Positions 7,888 to 16,400 of a DNA stretch of 28,725 nt are shown here, piece by piece. The notes below the pieces were generated by a model. That model did no database searches. It saw only the letters and a list, made by a program, of their open reading frames with translations, and was not told the origin of the DNA. Position 1 is the stretch's first letter. Each line of letters opens with the position of its first letter. The position numbers were made by a program, and so were the translations under genes. The stretch lies in contig JAEURL010000422.1 in the NCBI GenBank assembly GCA_016789165.1, positions 1 through 28,725 of the forward strand. The letters are read 5' to 3'. The stretch is from Anaerolineales bacterium (GTDB lineage Bacteria; Chloroflexota; Anaerolineae; Anaerolineales; UBA6663).

Positions 7888-8352
7888 ATGAGCCTTCGCA
7901 AGCGCCTGGCCAACTTCCTGGTCTTCATCGGGGCCATCGCCCTGCTGATCTTCATCTTGGACCTGACCTCGCTGCAGGACGTCCACCAGTGGGGGGCGCT
8001 GTTGGTGGGCCTGGCCGCGCTGGCGCTGGGGATCATGCTGCGGCCAGGCCGCGACCCTGTCCGGCCGCCCGCGGCGGCGGCCCCCGCCGCCAAGCCCGCC
8101 CCGACCCCGGCGCCCAAGCCGGCCGGCGCCCCGGCGGCGGCTAAAAGCGGACCACCGCCCAAGAAGGGCGGCCTGCCCGCCCTGTTCCGACCCAAGGCGC
8201 CCCCGCCCAAGGCGGCGCCCGCCCCGCCACCGCCACCGCCGCCGAAAAAGAGCGGCCTGGCCGGCCTGTTCCGCAAAGGCGGGTCCGCTCCGGCCGGCAA
8301 GGGGGCGCCGCCAGCCGGCAAAGGCGGGCCGCCAGCCCCGAAGAAGAAATGA
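7888..8352 (+). CDS. Small membrane protein with two TM helices and a Pro/Ala/Lys/Gly-rich basic tail
   Basis: Two hydrophobic segments (LANFLVFIGAIALLIFIL and WGALLVGLAALALGIML), then a low-complexity tail ending PKKK. Stop overlaps the next ATG (8349-8352). Confidence 0.7.
   Translation: MSLRKRLANFLVFIGAIALLIFILDLTSLQDVHQWGALLVGLAALALGIMLRPGRDPVRPPAAAAPAAKPAPTPAPKPAGAPAAAKSGPPPKKGGLPALFRPKAPPPKAAPAPPPPPPPKKSGLAGLFRKGGSAPAGKGAPPAGKGGPPAPKKK
8161..8274 (+). repeat. Two imperfect 30-bp in-frame repeats encoding KK(G/S)GL(P/A)(A/G)LFR
   Basis: 8161-8190 AAGAAGGGCGGCCTGCCCGCCCTGTTCCGA versus 8245-8274 AAAAAGAGCGGCCTGGCCGGCCTGTTCCGC. Confidence 0.75.
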
Positions 8353-9077
8353 CCCTCTTCTCCGCCGGGCTGGATGGCGTCACCTTCCTCTCGCAGGGCT
8401 GCCGGCTGGTCGGCGGCCTGTACCGGGCCGCCGGCGCTACGCCGCGCCCCAGCGTGATCCTGCTCCACGGCCTGCCCGGCACCGAGCAGAACCTGGATAT
8501 CGCCTACGGCCTGCGCGCAGCCGGGATCAACTGTCTGTTCTTCCATTACCGCGGCTGCTGGGGGAGCGCCGGCGTCTACAACCTGGCCGGCCTGGCCGAC
8601 GACGTGCGCGCGGCCGCCGATTGGCTCACCGCCCAGCCCTGCGTGGATCCCGCGCGGCTGGCCCTGGTGGGCTACAGCCTGGGCGGCCACCTCACGCTGG
8701 CCGCCGGCGCCGCCGACCCGCGCTACAAGGCGCTGGCCGCGCTCTGCCCGCTGATCGACCCGGCCGCCCAGCCTTTGGACGCGGCCACCTTCGCCGAGTT
8801 CGCCGAACTGCTGAACGGCCTCACCGGCGCGGAGCTGCAGGCGCAGTGGGCGGCCCTGCCGCCGATCCCGCCCCTGGCCGGCCAGCTGGCGCGCCGGCCC
8901 CTGCTGCTGGTCACGGCCGGCCAAGACGCCTATTTCCCGCCGGCGCATTATCAGCACTTCCCTGGCGACCTGGCCTCGGTCACCTGGTGGCGTTTTCCGA
9001 CCGCCGATCACGTTTTTAGCCATGATCGGCCCAGCCTTGTGCAGACTATCGTCGGCTGGCTCCAGAAAGTCTTATAA
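8349..9077 (+). CDS. Alpha/beta hydrolase (serine esterase/peptidase type)
   Basis: LHGLPG oxyanion motif, GYSLGG nucleophile elbow, GQD acid and ADHVF His. Confidence 0.85.
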   Translation: MTLFSAGLDGVTFLSQGCRLVGGLYRAAGATPRPSVILLHGLPGTEQNLDIAYGLRAAGINCLFFHYRGCWGSAGVYNLAGLADDVRAAADWLTAQPCVDPARLALVGYSLGGHLTLAAGAADPRYKALAALCPLIDPAAQPLDAATFAEFAELLNGLTGAELQAQWAALPPIPPLAGQLARRPLLLVTAGQDAYFPPAHYQHFPGDLASVTWWRFPTADHVFSHDRPSLVQTIVGWLQKVL

Positions 9078-9205
9078 TTAAGCACGGCTTGGCTGCGCCC
9101 ATCCCGCCCACATCAAAACGACCCGGCGGCGCCGCCCTTGGTCGCTGACGCAGGCCACAACCTAATTACTGCCATCTCATCAATTCAGTGGAGTTTCCAA
9201 CCAAT

Positions 9206-10201
9206 ATGTCCCGTTTGTCCAACCTCGAAGTGGGGGTCTTTGTGGACGTCGCCTACCTGGCCCGCAACGGCGGCTATGGCATGCGCTACGACGTCTTGCG
9301 CGAGTTCGCCTGCCGCGACGGCGCCGAGCCGCTGCGCCTCAACGCCTACGTCGCCTACGACGCCGAACGGGCCGACGAGGACCCCGGCTACCGCGACGGC
9401 CAGGACCGCTTCTATTCGCTCCTGCGCGACTTCGGCTACAAAGTAATCCCGCGCAGCATCCAGTGGGAGACGGATGAGGGCGGCAACCGCTACGGGCGCG
9501 CCAACGCCGCCCTGCACCTGGCCGTGGACGCCCTGCTGCAATCCGAGAAGCTGGACCGCGTGTTGATCGCCACCGGCGACGGCGACTTCACCCAGGTGGT
9601 GCGCGCCCTGCAGGCCCGCGGCTGCCGGGTGGAGGTGCTGGCCTTTGACAACGTCTCCACCGAACTGCGCCGCGAAGCTGATCTGTATCTGTCCGGCTAT
9701 CTGGTGCCCAACCTGCTGCCCGTCCAGGCGGCGCGCGACCTGCCGCCGTGGGGCGAGATCGGCTCGCGCGTGCGCGGCATCTGCTACGCCCACGCCGGCA
9801 AGGGCTACGGCTTCCTGCGCTATCTCAAGGCGCTCTCAGCCGACCTATGGAAGACCGATTCGCGCCAGGCGGATTCGCCGTACGGGAGCGTCTTCTGCCA
9901 CGACTCACAGCTGCCCCTGGACGTCACGCCCGCCGAGCTGCCCAGCCGCCACCACGTCTTCGAGTTCGAGCTGGCGCGGGCCGAGGGCCGCGAGAACAGC
10001 CTGCAAGCCGCCAACGTCCAACTGGTCAGCCCGCGCCGGCGCGATGACCGCGAGCGGACCGAGCGGTCTGACCGCGCCGAGCGGCCGGAGCGGGGCGAGC
10101 GCGGCGCGGAGCGCTTCGGGCGCGGCCGGGTGCCCTACGAGCTCAAATCGCCGGAGGAGCAGCTGGCCTCCTACGAGCCCAAGATCACGTTCGACAGCTG
10201 A
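9206..10201 (+). CDS. NYN (LabA/DUF88, PIN-like) domain + cold-shock-like OB domain + Arg/Glu-rich tail
   Basis: VFVD, LAVDALL, IATGDGDF and RGCRVEV mark a NYN domain. KGYGFL, SVFCHDSQL and FEFEL...QAANV match CSD RNP1/RNP2 and its end motif. ATG 9206 is preferred over GTG 9188 because GGAG precedes it. Confidence 0.8.
   Translation: MSRLSNLEVGVFVDVAYLARNGGYGMRYDVLREFACRDGAEPLRLNAYVAYDAERADEDPGYRDGQDRFYSLLRDFGYKVIPRSIQWETDEGGNRYGRANAALHLAVDALLQSEKLDRVLIATGDGDFTQVVRALQARGCRVEVLAFDNVSTELRREADLYLSGYLVPNLLPVQAARDLPPWGEIGSRVRGICYAHAGKGYGFLRYLKALSADLWKTDSRQADSPYGSVFCHDSQLPLDVTPAELPSRHHVFEFELARAEGRENSLQAANVQLVSPRRRDDRERTERSDRAERPERGERGAERFGRGRVPYELKSPEEQLASYEPKITFDS
10034..10129 (+). repeat. Low-complexity x-(E/D)-R tripeptide repeats
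   Basis: Encodes RRRDDRERTERSDRAERPERGERGAERFGRGR. Confidence 0.7.
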
Positions 10202-10210
10202 CAGGATGCC

Positions 10211-11116
10211 ATGAGCACCAAACTCATGCCGCTGGCCGAAGCCATCGCCGCGCACGTCCACGACGGCGACCTGGTTTACGCCGCCGGCTTCACCCACCTG
10301 ATCCCCTTTGCGGCCGCGCACGAGATCATCCGCCAGGGCCGGCGCCGGCTGATCCTGGCGCGCGCCACGCCCGATATCATCTACGACCAGATGGTGGCGG
10401 CCGGCTGCGCCGAGAAGCTGATCTTCTCCTACTCGGGCAACCCCGGCGTCGGCTCGCTGCGCGTGGTGCGGGCCGAACTGGAGGCCGGCCGGCTGGCCTA
10501 CGAGGAATACTCGCACTTCGCCATGATCACGCGCCTGACGGCCGGCGCGGCCGGCCTGCCCTTCCTGCCGATGCAGTCCGTGGGCACGCAGGACCTGGCG
10601 CGCGCCAACCCGCAGTACCGGACCGTGACCTGCCCGTACACGGGCGCGGTCCTCAACACGGTGCCGGCCCTCCAGCCGGATGTCGCCATCCTGCACGTCC
10701 AGCGCGCCGATGCCCACGGCAACGCCCACATCTGGGGCATCCTGGGCGAGCAGAAGGAGGCGGCCTTCGCGGCCCGGCGCGTGATCGTCACGGCCGAGGA
10801 GATCGTCGACGAAGCCGTCATCCGCTCGGACCCCAACCGCACGCTCATCCCGGCCATGGCCGTCACCGCCGTCTGCCACGTGCCGTACTGCGCGCACCCT
10901 TCCTACACCCAGGGCTACTACGACCGCGACAACGCCTTCTACCTCGAGTGGGACAAGGTCTCGGCCGCGCCGGAGAGCGTGGCCGCCTGGCTGCAGGAAT
11001 GGGTGTACGGTGTGCCGGACCGGGCCGCCTACTGGGCCAAGCTCGGGCCGGAAACCCACGCCCGCCTGGCCGTCAAACCGCGCTGGAGCGAACCCGTCAA
11101 CTACGGAGAGTTCTGA
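10211..11116 (+). CDS. Family I CoA-transferase alpha subunit (glutaconate/3-oxoadipate CoA-transferase GctA/CatI type)
   Basis: Motifs EAIAAHVHDGD, AAAHEIIRQG, AGAAGLPFLP, PDVAILHVQRADAHGNA, IVTAEEIV and HPSYTQGYYDRD. Confidence 0.9.
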   Translation: MSTKLMPLAEAIAAHVHDGDLVYAAGFTHLIPFAAAHEIIRQGRRRLILARATPDIIYDQMVAAGCAEKLIFSYSGNPGVGSLRVVRAELEAGRLAYEEYSHFAMITRLTAGAAGLPFLPMQSVGTQDLARANPQYRTVTCPYTGAVLNTVPALQPDVAILHVQRADAHGNAHIWGILGEQKEAAFAARRVIVTAEEIVDEAVIRSDPNRTLIPAMAVTAVCHVPYCAHPSYTQGYYDRDNAFYLEWDKVSAAPESVAAWLQEWVYGVPDRAAYWAKLGPETHARLAVKPRWSEPVNYGEF

Positions 11117-11122
11117 GCCGCC

Positions 11123-11878
11123 ATGCTCGAGCAAGTCGACCTCGACCAGGCCCTCTCGAAAGCGCAGTACAAGAAGCGGCTGCCCGCCCTCCAGCGCCGG
11201 CTGTACGACCTGGAGCACGCCGTCTTCACCCTCGGCATCCCGGTCATGGTGGTGCTGGAAGGCTGGGCGGCGGCCGGCAAAGGCGGCACCATCAACACCC
11301 TGGCCGAGCACCTGGACCCGCGCGGCTTCCGCGTGGTGCCCATCTCCCCGCCGCGCACGGCCGAGACGCGCTATCCCTGGCTGTGGCGCTTCTGGCTCAA
11401 GGTGCCGGCCCACGGTCAGATGGTGGTCTTCGACCAGTCCTGGTACCGGCGGGTGCTGATCGACCGGGTGGCCAAGCGCGTGCGCGGCCGCGGGCTGGAG
11501 GACGCCTTCCAGGACATCCAGGAGTTCGAGGAGATGCTGGCCGCCGACGGCACGCTGATCCTCAAATTCTGGTTCCACCTCAGCCGGCGGGAGCAGGGCC
11601 GGCGCTTCAAGAAACTGCTCAAGGACGAGCTGACCGCCTGGCAGGTCACCGAGGAAGACGCCCTGCAGCACAAGCGCTATGACCGCTACCTGGAGGCGGC
11701 CGAGGCCATGCTGGCGCGCACTGATTCGCCGCACGCGCCCTGGGTGATTGTGCCGGCCACCGACCGTTACTACCCGCGCGTGGCCGTCTTCGAGGCGCTC
11801 ATCCGCGCCCTGGAGGTCCGCCTGGGCGATCAGGCCCCGCCGCCGGCCGCCGGCGGGAAGGAGGCCGACGATGCTTGA
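11123..11878 (+). CDS. ppk2: PPK2-family protein with degenerate catalytic motifs (like the N-terminal half of two-domain polyP:AMP phosphotransferases)
   Basis: PPK2 fold motifs LDPRG, WLWRFW and LKFWFHLS are present, but Walker A is EGWAAAGKGG (Asp to Ala) and the DRSWY motif reads FDQSWYR. Confidence 0.8.
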   Translation: MLEQVDLDQALSKAQYKKRLPALQRRLYDLEHAVFTLGIPVMVVLEGWAAAGKGGTINTLAEHLDPRGFRVVPISPPRTAETRYPWLWRFWLKVPAHGQMVVFDQSWYRRVLIDRVAKRVRGRGLEDAFQDIQEFEEMLAADGTLILKFWFHLSRREQGRRFKKLLKDELTAWQVTEEDALQHKRYDRYLEAAEAMLARTDSPHAPWVIVPATDRYYPRVAVFEALIRALEVRLGDQAPPPAAGGKEADDA

Positions 11879-12584
11879 GAAAGTTGACCTCAGCCTCAAG
11901 CTGACGCGCGGCGAGTATGACGAGCAGGTGGACACCCTGCAGAACCGCCTGCACCTGCTGGGCTACCAGGTCTACCGGCAGAAGCGGCCGGTGGTGCTGG
12001 TCTTCGAGGGCTGGGACGCGGCCGGCAAGGGCGGCGCCATCAAGCGCCTGACCGAGCGGCTGGACCCGCGCGGCTATGTGGTCTGGCCCATCGCCGCGCC
12101 GCAGGGCGACGACAAAGTCCGCCACTACCTGTACCGCTTCTGGCGCCGCCTGCCGGAAACCGGCCAGATCGCGATCTTCGACCGCTCCTGGTACGGGCGC
12201 GTGCTGGTGGAGCGCGTGGAGGGCTTCTGCGCGCCGGCCGCCTGGCAGCGGGCCTACAGCGAGATCAACCAGTTCGAGCGCGAGCTGACCGACTTCGGGG
12301 CCGTGGTGCTGAAGTTCTGGCTGCACATCAGCCAGGCCGAGCAGCTGCGCCGCTTCAAGGCCCGCGAGCGCACCGCCTACAAGGCCTGGAAGATCACGGA
12401 CGAGGATTGGCGCAACCGCGGCAAGTGGGAGGATTACGAGCAGGCGGTGGAGGACATGCTGCGCAAGACCAGCACCTATCGCGCCCCGTGGACGGTGGTG
12501 GAGGCCAACGACAAGCTTTACGCGCGCATCAAGGTCCTCCAGACCGTGGTGGACAAGCTTGCCCAGGAGCTGGACGACCGCTGA
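11871..12584 (+). CDS. ppk2: PPK2 class II-type polyphosphate:AMP phosphotransferase domain, motifs intact
   Basis: ATG 11871 with SD AAGGAGG; EGWDAAGKGG, FDRSWYGR (Gly = class II signature), KFWLHIS and DWRNR. Confidence 0.9.
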   Translation: MLEKVDLSLKLTRGEYDEQVDTLQNRLHLLGYQVYRQKRPVVLVFEGWDAAGKGGAIKRLTERLDPRGYVVWPIAAPQGDDKVRHYLYRFWRRLPETGQIAIFDRSWYGRVLVERVEGFCAPAAWQRAYSEINQFERELTDFGAVVLKFWLHISQAEQLRRFKARERTAYKAWKITDEDWRNRGKWEDYEQAVEDMLRKTSTYRAPWTVVEANDKLYARIKVLQTVVDKLAQELDDR

Positions 12585-12621
12585 GGCGGCCGGCCAGACC
12601 CACGGCCAGGGGCCAGCGGTC

Positions 12622-13443
12622 ATGATCCCCTTTGACGATTTCGGCGGCGCCGGCCCGCTCTTGCACTTCGCCCACGCCAACGGCTACCCGCCGGGCGCGT
12701 ACACGCCCCTGCTGGAACAGTTGACCCCGGCCTATCACGTCCTGGCCGCCCGCGCCCGCCCGCTCTGGCCGGGGTCGGCGCCGGCCGGCTTCCAGTCCTG
12801 GCAGCCGCTCACCGAGGACCTGATCGCCTTCCTGGACGCGCACCATGCGCGCGGCCTCGTGGGCATCGGACATTCCATGGGTGGGGTCAGCACGCTGGAC
12901 GCGGCCCTGCGCCGGCCGGAGCTGTTCCGCGCCCTGGTGCTGATCGACCCCGTCATCTTCCGCCAGCGCTTCATCTGGGGCTGGCAGATCTTGAAGACCC
13001 TGGGGATCGGCGACCGCCTGCACCCGCTCATCCCCGGCACCCTGCGCCGCCGGCGCGTCTTTCCCTCGGTCGACGAGATGTTCGCCCGCTACCGCCGCGC
13101 GCCGGTCTTCAGCCGCATCGACGACCGCGGCCTGCGCGCCTACACGGAGGCCCTGGCTCGGCCGCGCCCGGACGGCCAGGTGGAGTTGGCCTATTCGCCC
13201 GAATGGGAGGCCGCCATCTACCGGCACGGCCCGCTGAATCTATGGGGCCGGATGGCCGCGCTGCACCTGCCCCTGCTCGTGATCTACGGCGCCGAGTCCG
13301 ACACCTTCCAGGCCGCGGCCGTCACCAAGATGGCGCACCGCATCCCGCACGCCAGTTTCGTGGCGGTGCCGGCCGCCGGCCACCTCGTACCGCTCGAACG
13401 GCCGCAGGCCGTGGCCGAAGCCATCCAGGCTTTCCTCGTCTAG
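12622..13443 (+). CDS. Alpha/beta hydrolase
   Basis: Start ATG 12622 (MIPFDDF); HFAHANGY, GHSMGG, ESD acid and GHLVP His. Confidence 0.85.
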   Translation: MIPFDDFGGAGPLLHFAHANGYPPGAYTPLLEQLTPAYHVLAARARPLWPGSAPAGFQSWQPLTEDLIAFLDAHHARGLVGIGHSMGGVSTLDAALRRPELFRALVLIDPVIFRQRFIWGWQILKTLGIGDRLHPLIPGTLRRRRVFPSVDEMFARYRRAPVFSRIDDRGLRAYTEALARPRPDGQVELAYSPEWEAAIYRHGPLNLWGRMAALHLPLLVIYGAESDTFQAAAVTKMAHRIPHASFVAVPAAGHLVPLERPQAVAEAIQAFLV

Positions 13444-13484
13444 CCGCCTGTGGCTATCGTCCGCTGCCTGGCCCGCCCCCGCTG

Positions 13485-16400
13485 ATGAGCGTCATCGACC
13501 TAGCCGGCCTGTATCTGGGGCTGACTCTGGGCCTGGGCGCAGCCCTGACGGCCCTGGCCATCTGGATCGGGCGGCGCTGGCGCACCCGCGGCGGCCCGTC
13601 ACTGGTGGCCTACCTCAGTCTGGTGGCGGCCGAATTGCTCGTAGACGGCGCCGGTTTTCTGAGCGGCTCGCCGGCGGCGGCCGCCGCCTGGGGCCGGCTG
13701 GAATGGCTTTTTACGGCCCTGGCGCCGGTCGCCCTGCTGTTGTTCGTCGTCGAGTACAGCGGCCGCGAGAATTGGGTGTGGCGGCCGCGCCGGCTGGCGG
13801 CCTTGCTGCTGATCCCGCTCCTCACCCAGGTCGTCGTCTGGTTTGGGCCGGCCGCCTGGCTCTCCGGACTGGCCCCCGAGGATTTTGCGGCGCTGGGCCC
13901 CTTCTGGGTTCCGGCCGGCCACGCCAGCGGCTATTGGACCTGGGCGCACGCCCTCTATGGCGCGGGGCTGCTGCTGATCGCCGTCAACTACGCCGGCGTC
14001 ATCTTCCTGCGCGCCCAGGGCCGCTATCGCCAACAGGCCTTGCTGCTGCTCGGCCCTCTGGTGGGTCTGGCCGGCGTGAGCGCCCTGGACGTGCTCGGCG
14101 TCCTCGCCTGGCCGTGGTTCGAGTTCGCGCCATGGGGGCTGGCGCTGGTGGGCGGCGTGCTGGCCTGGATGTTCGTGCGCCAGATGCCGCTGGGCTTGAT
14201 CCCATTGACGCTCGTTCAGGCCATCGACCTGGCGCCGGACGCCGTCCTGATCCTCGATCCAGCCTGCCAGATCCTGTTCATCAACCCAGCGGCGGCGGCC
14301 GCTTTTGGGATCGAGGCCGGCGCGGTCAGCGGCCGGCCCAGCCAGGCGGTGCTGCCGCTCTGGCCGGCCCTGCTGCCCCTGCCGGCGGCCGGCGAGACCC
14401 GCCGGGCCGAAATCGCGGGCCTGGCCGCCGGCGCCGCACGCTGGTGGGACAGCCGCATGCTGGGCCTGACGGACCAGCATCGCAACCTGAGCGGCTACCT
14501 GATCTTCCTGCGTGACGTCACCGACCGCAAACAGGCCGAGCAGCGCCTGGCCTTGCAGCACAGCCTGGCGCGGCTGCTGGCCGAGGCGCGCGTCGAGGCC
14601 GCCCCGGACGAGATCATGGCCGAGGCGCTGCGCCTGGTGGGCCAGCACCTGGGCTGGGAGGTCGGCGAGTATTGGGGCGCCGACGCGGACCAGGTGGAAC
14701 TGCGCTACGTGGCCGGCTGGCAGGCCGCCGGCCTGCAGGCCGACCTGTGGGCGGCCAGCGCGCGCCTGCTGCGGGTGTGGCGCGGCGAGGGCCTGTTGGG
14801 CCAGGTGTGGGCGGAGCGGCAGCCGCGCTGGAGCGCCGATGTGCGCGCCGAGCCGGATTTCCTGCGCCTGGCGGCCGCCGAGGAGGCCGGGCTGCGCAGC
14901 GCGCTCGCCTTTCCGCTGGTCACGGGCGACCATAGCGCCGGCGTGTTGATCTTCTTCGGCCGGACGGCCCAGCCGCCGGAGGCCACCTTGCTGGACGTGC
15001 TGGCAGCGGCCGGCGCCCAACTGGGACAATACCTGGAACGCTGGCAGGCCGGCCAGGCCCTGCGCACCCGCGCCCGGCAGGTGGCGCTGCTCAACGACAT
15101 CACCATGGCGGCCATCCAGCCCGACGATCTGCCGGCCATGCTCCAGACGCTGGCGGACCGGCTGGGGGAACTGCTGGCGGCCGATGGCTGTTACCTGCTG
15201 CTGTGGGATGAGGCCCGTCAGTTGACCATCCCCATGGCCGCCTATGGCCCCATGCGCGCCACCTATCGCCAGACCGGCCGGCCGCTGCCGGATGAGCCCA
15301 CGGTCACGGCCGCCGTCCTGCGCGCCGGCCAGCCGATCGTCATCGACGACGTCTTCAACACTCCCTACCTCAGTCAGCGGATTGCGCACCAGTTTCCAAC
15401 ACGCTCCATGCTCGGCCTGCCCCTGATCGCGGACGGCCAGAAACTGGGGGCGGCGCTGGTCTCCTTCGAGACCCCGCACACCTTCTCGCCAGCCGAGGTG
15501 GCGCTGGGCGAGCAGGCCGCCCGCCAGGTTGCCCTGGCGGTGGCCAAGGCCCGGCTGCTGGAGGCGGAGCGCGAACAGCGCCAGGTGGCGGAGGCCCTGC
15601 GCGAGATCGGCGCCGTGCTCAGCGCCCACCTGAAGGTCGAGGCGATCCTGGAGCGGCTGCTGGAATTGATCAACGCCGTCGTCCCCTACGATGCCGGCAC
15701 GGTGATGGCGCTGGAGGCTGGCCGGGCGTATGTCTTGCAAACCCGCGGCTACGAGCAGTTCGGGCCGGAGGCTTCCGCCGGCGTGCGCCAGGTCGCTTTC
15801 GACCTGGTCGCCACCCCAAACCTGGAGCGCTTGGTGGCTACGGGCCGGCCCTTGATCGTGGCGGACACCGCCGCCGAACCGGGCTGGGTGACCTCGGACC
15901 CGTCCTCCGCCATGCGCTCCTGGATTGGCGCGCCCGTGCTGATCGGCGGCCAGGCCGCCGCCTGCCTGGCCCTGAGCAAACAGCCGCCGGGGTTTTACCA
16001 GGCCTTTCACGCGGAGCGGCTGTCCAGCTTCGCGGCGCAGACCGCCATTGCCCTGGAGAACGCGCGCCTGTTCCAGGCGGCCGTGGACGCCGCGCACCGC
16101 CGGGAATTGCTGCACCTGGCCAGCCAGGCGATCAGCGCGGCCACCACCGACCTCGCTCAACTGGCCGCCGCCATCCACCGGGCCGCCGGCCAACTCTTGC
16201 CGGTGGACGCCCTGCACATCGTGCTGGTGACGGCGGCCACGGGCGAAACCGAGGCGATCTACCCGGCCACGAGCGACCCGCGCTGGCCCGGGGCGCGCCT
16301 GGCCGGCCGCGCCATCACCCAGGGGGGCTCGCTGCGGATCGACTCTTTCCAGCAGTTCCTGGCGGACGAATATCCGGCCGAGGATCACAGCCAGGCGGCG

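Noticed and set aside
9073-9078. Perfect TATAAT overlapping the hydrolase stop codon as a promoter for the NYN operon
   Set aside because: No plausible -35 at the proper spacing, and the hexamer is partly explained by the TAA stop; left unannotated.
11111-11125. TGAGC...GCCATG similarity between the junction after CoA-transferase alpha and the one before beta (17088-17107), as a possible target-site duplication
   Set aside because: The match is short and made mostly of stop and start codons; no terminal inverted repeats or transposase are present.
11748-11878. Programmed frameshift or sequencing error fusing the two PPK2 ORFs
   Set aside because: No slippery run is evident, the second gene has a strong SD, and both proteins begin with parallel MLE(Q/K)VDL sequences. 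Not fully excluded without reads.
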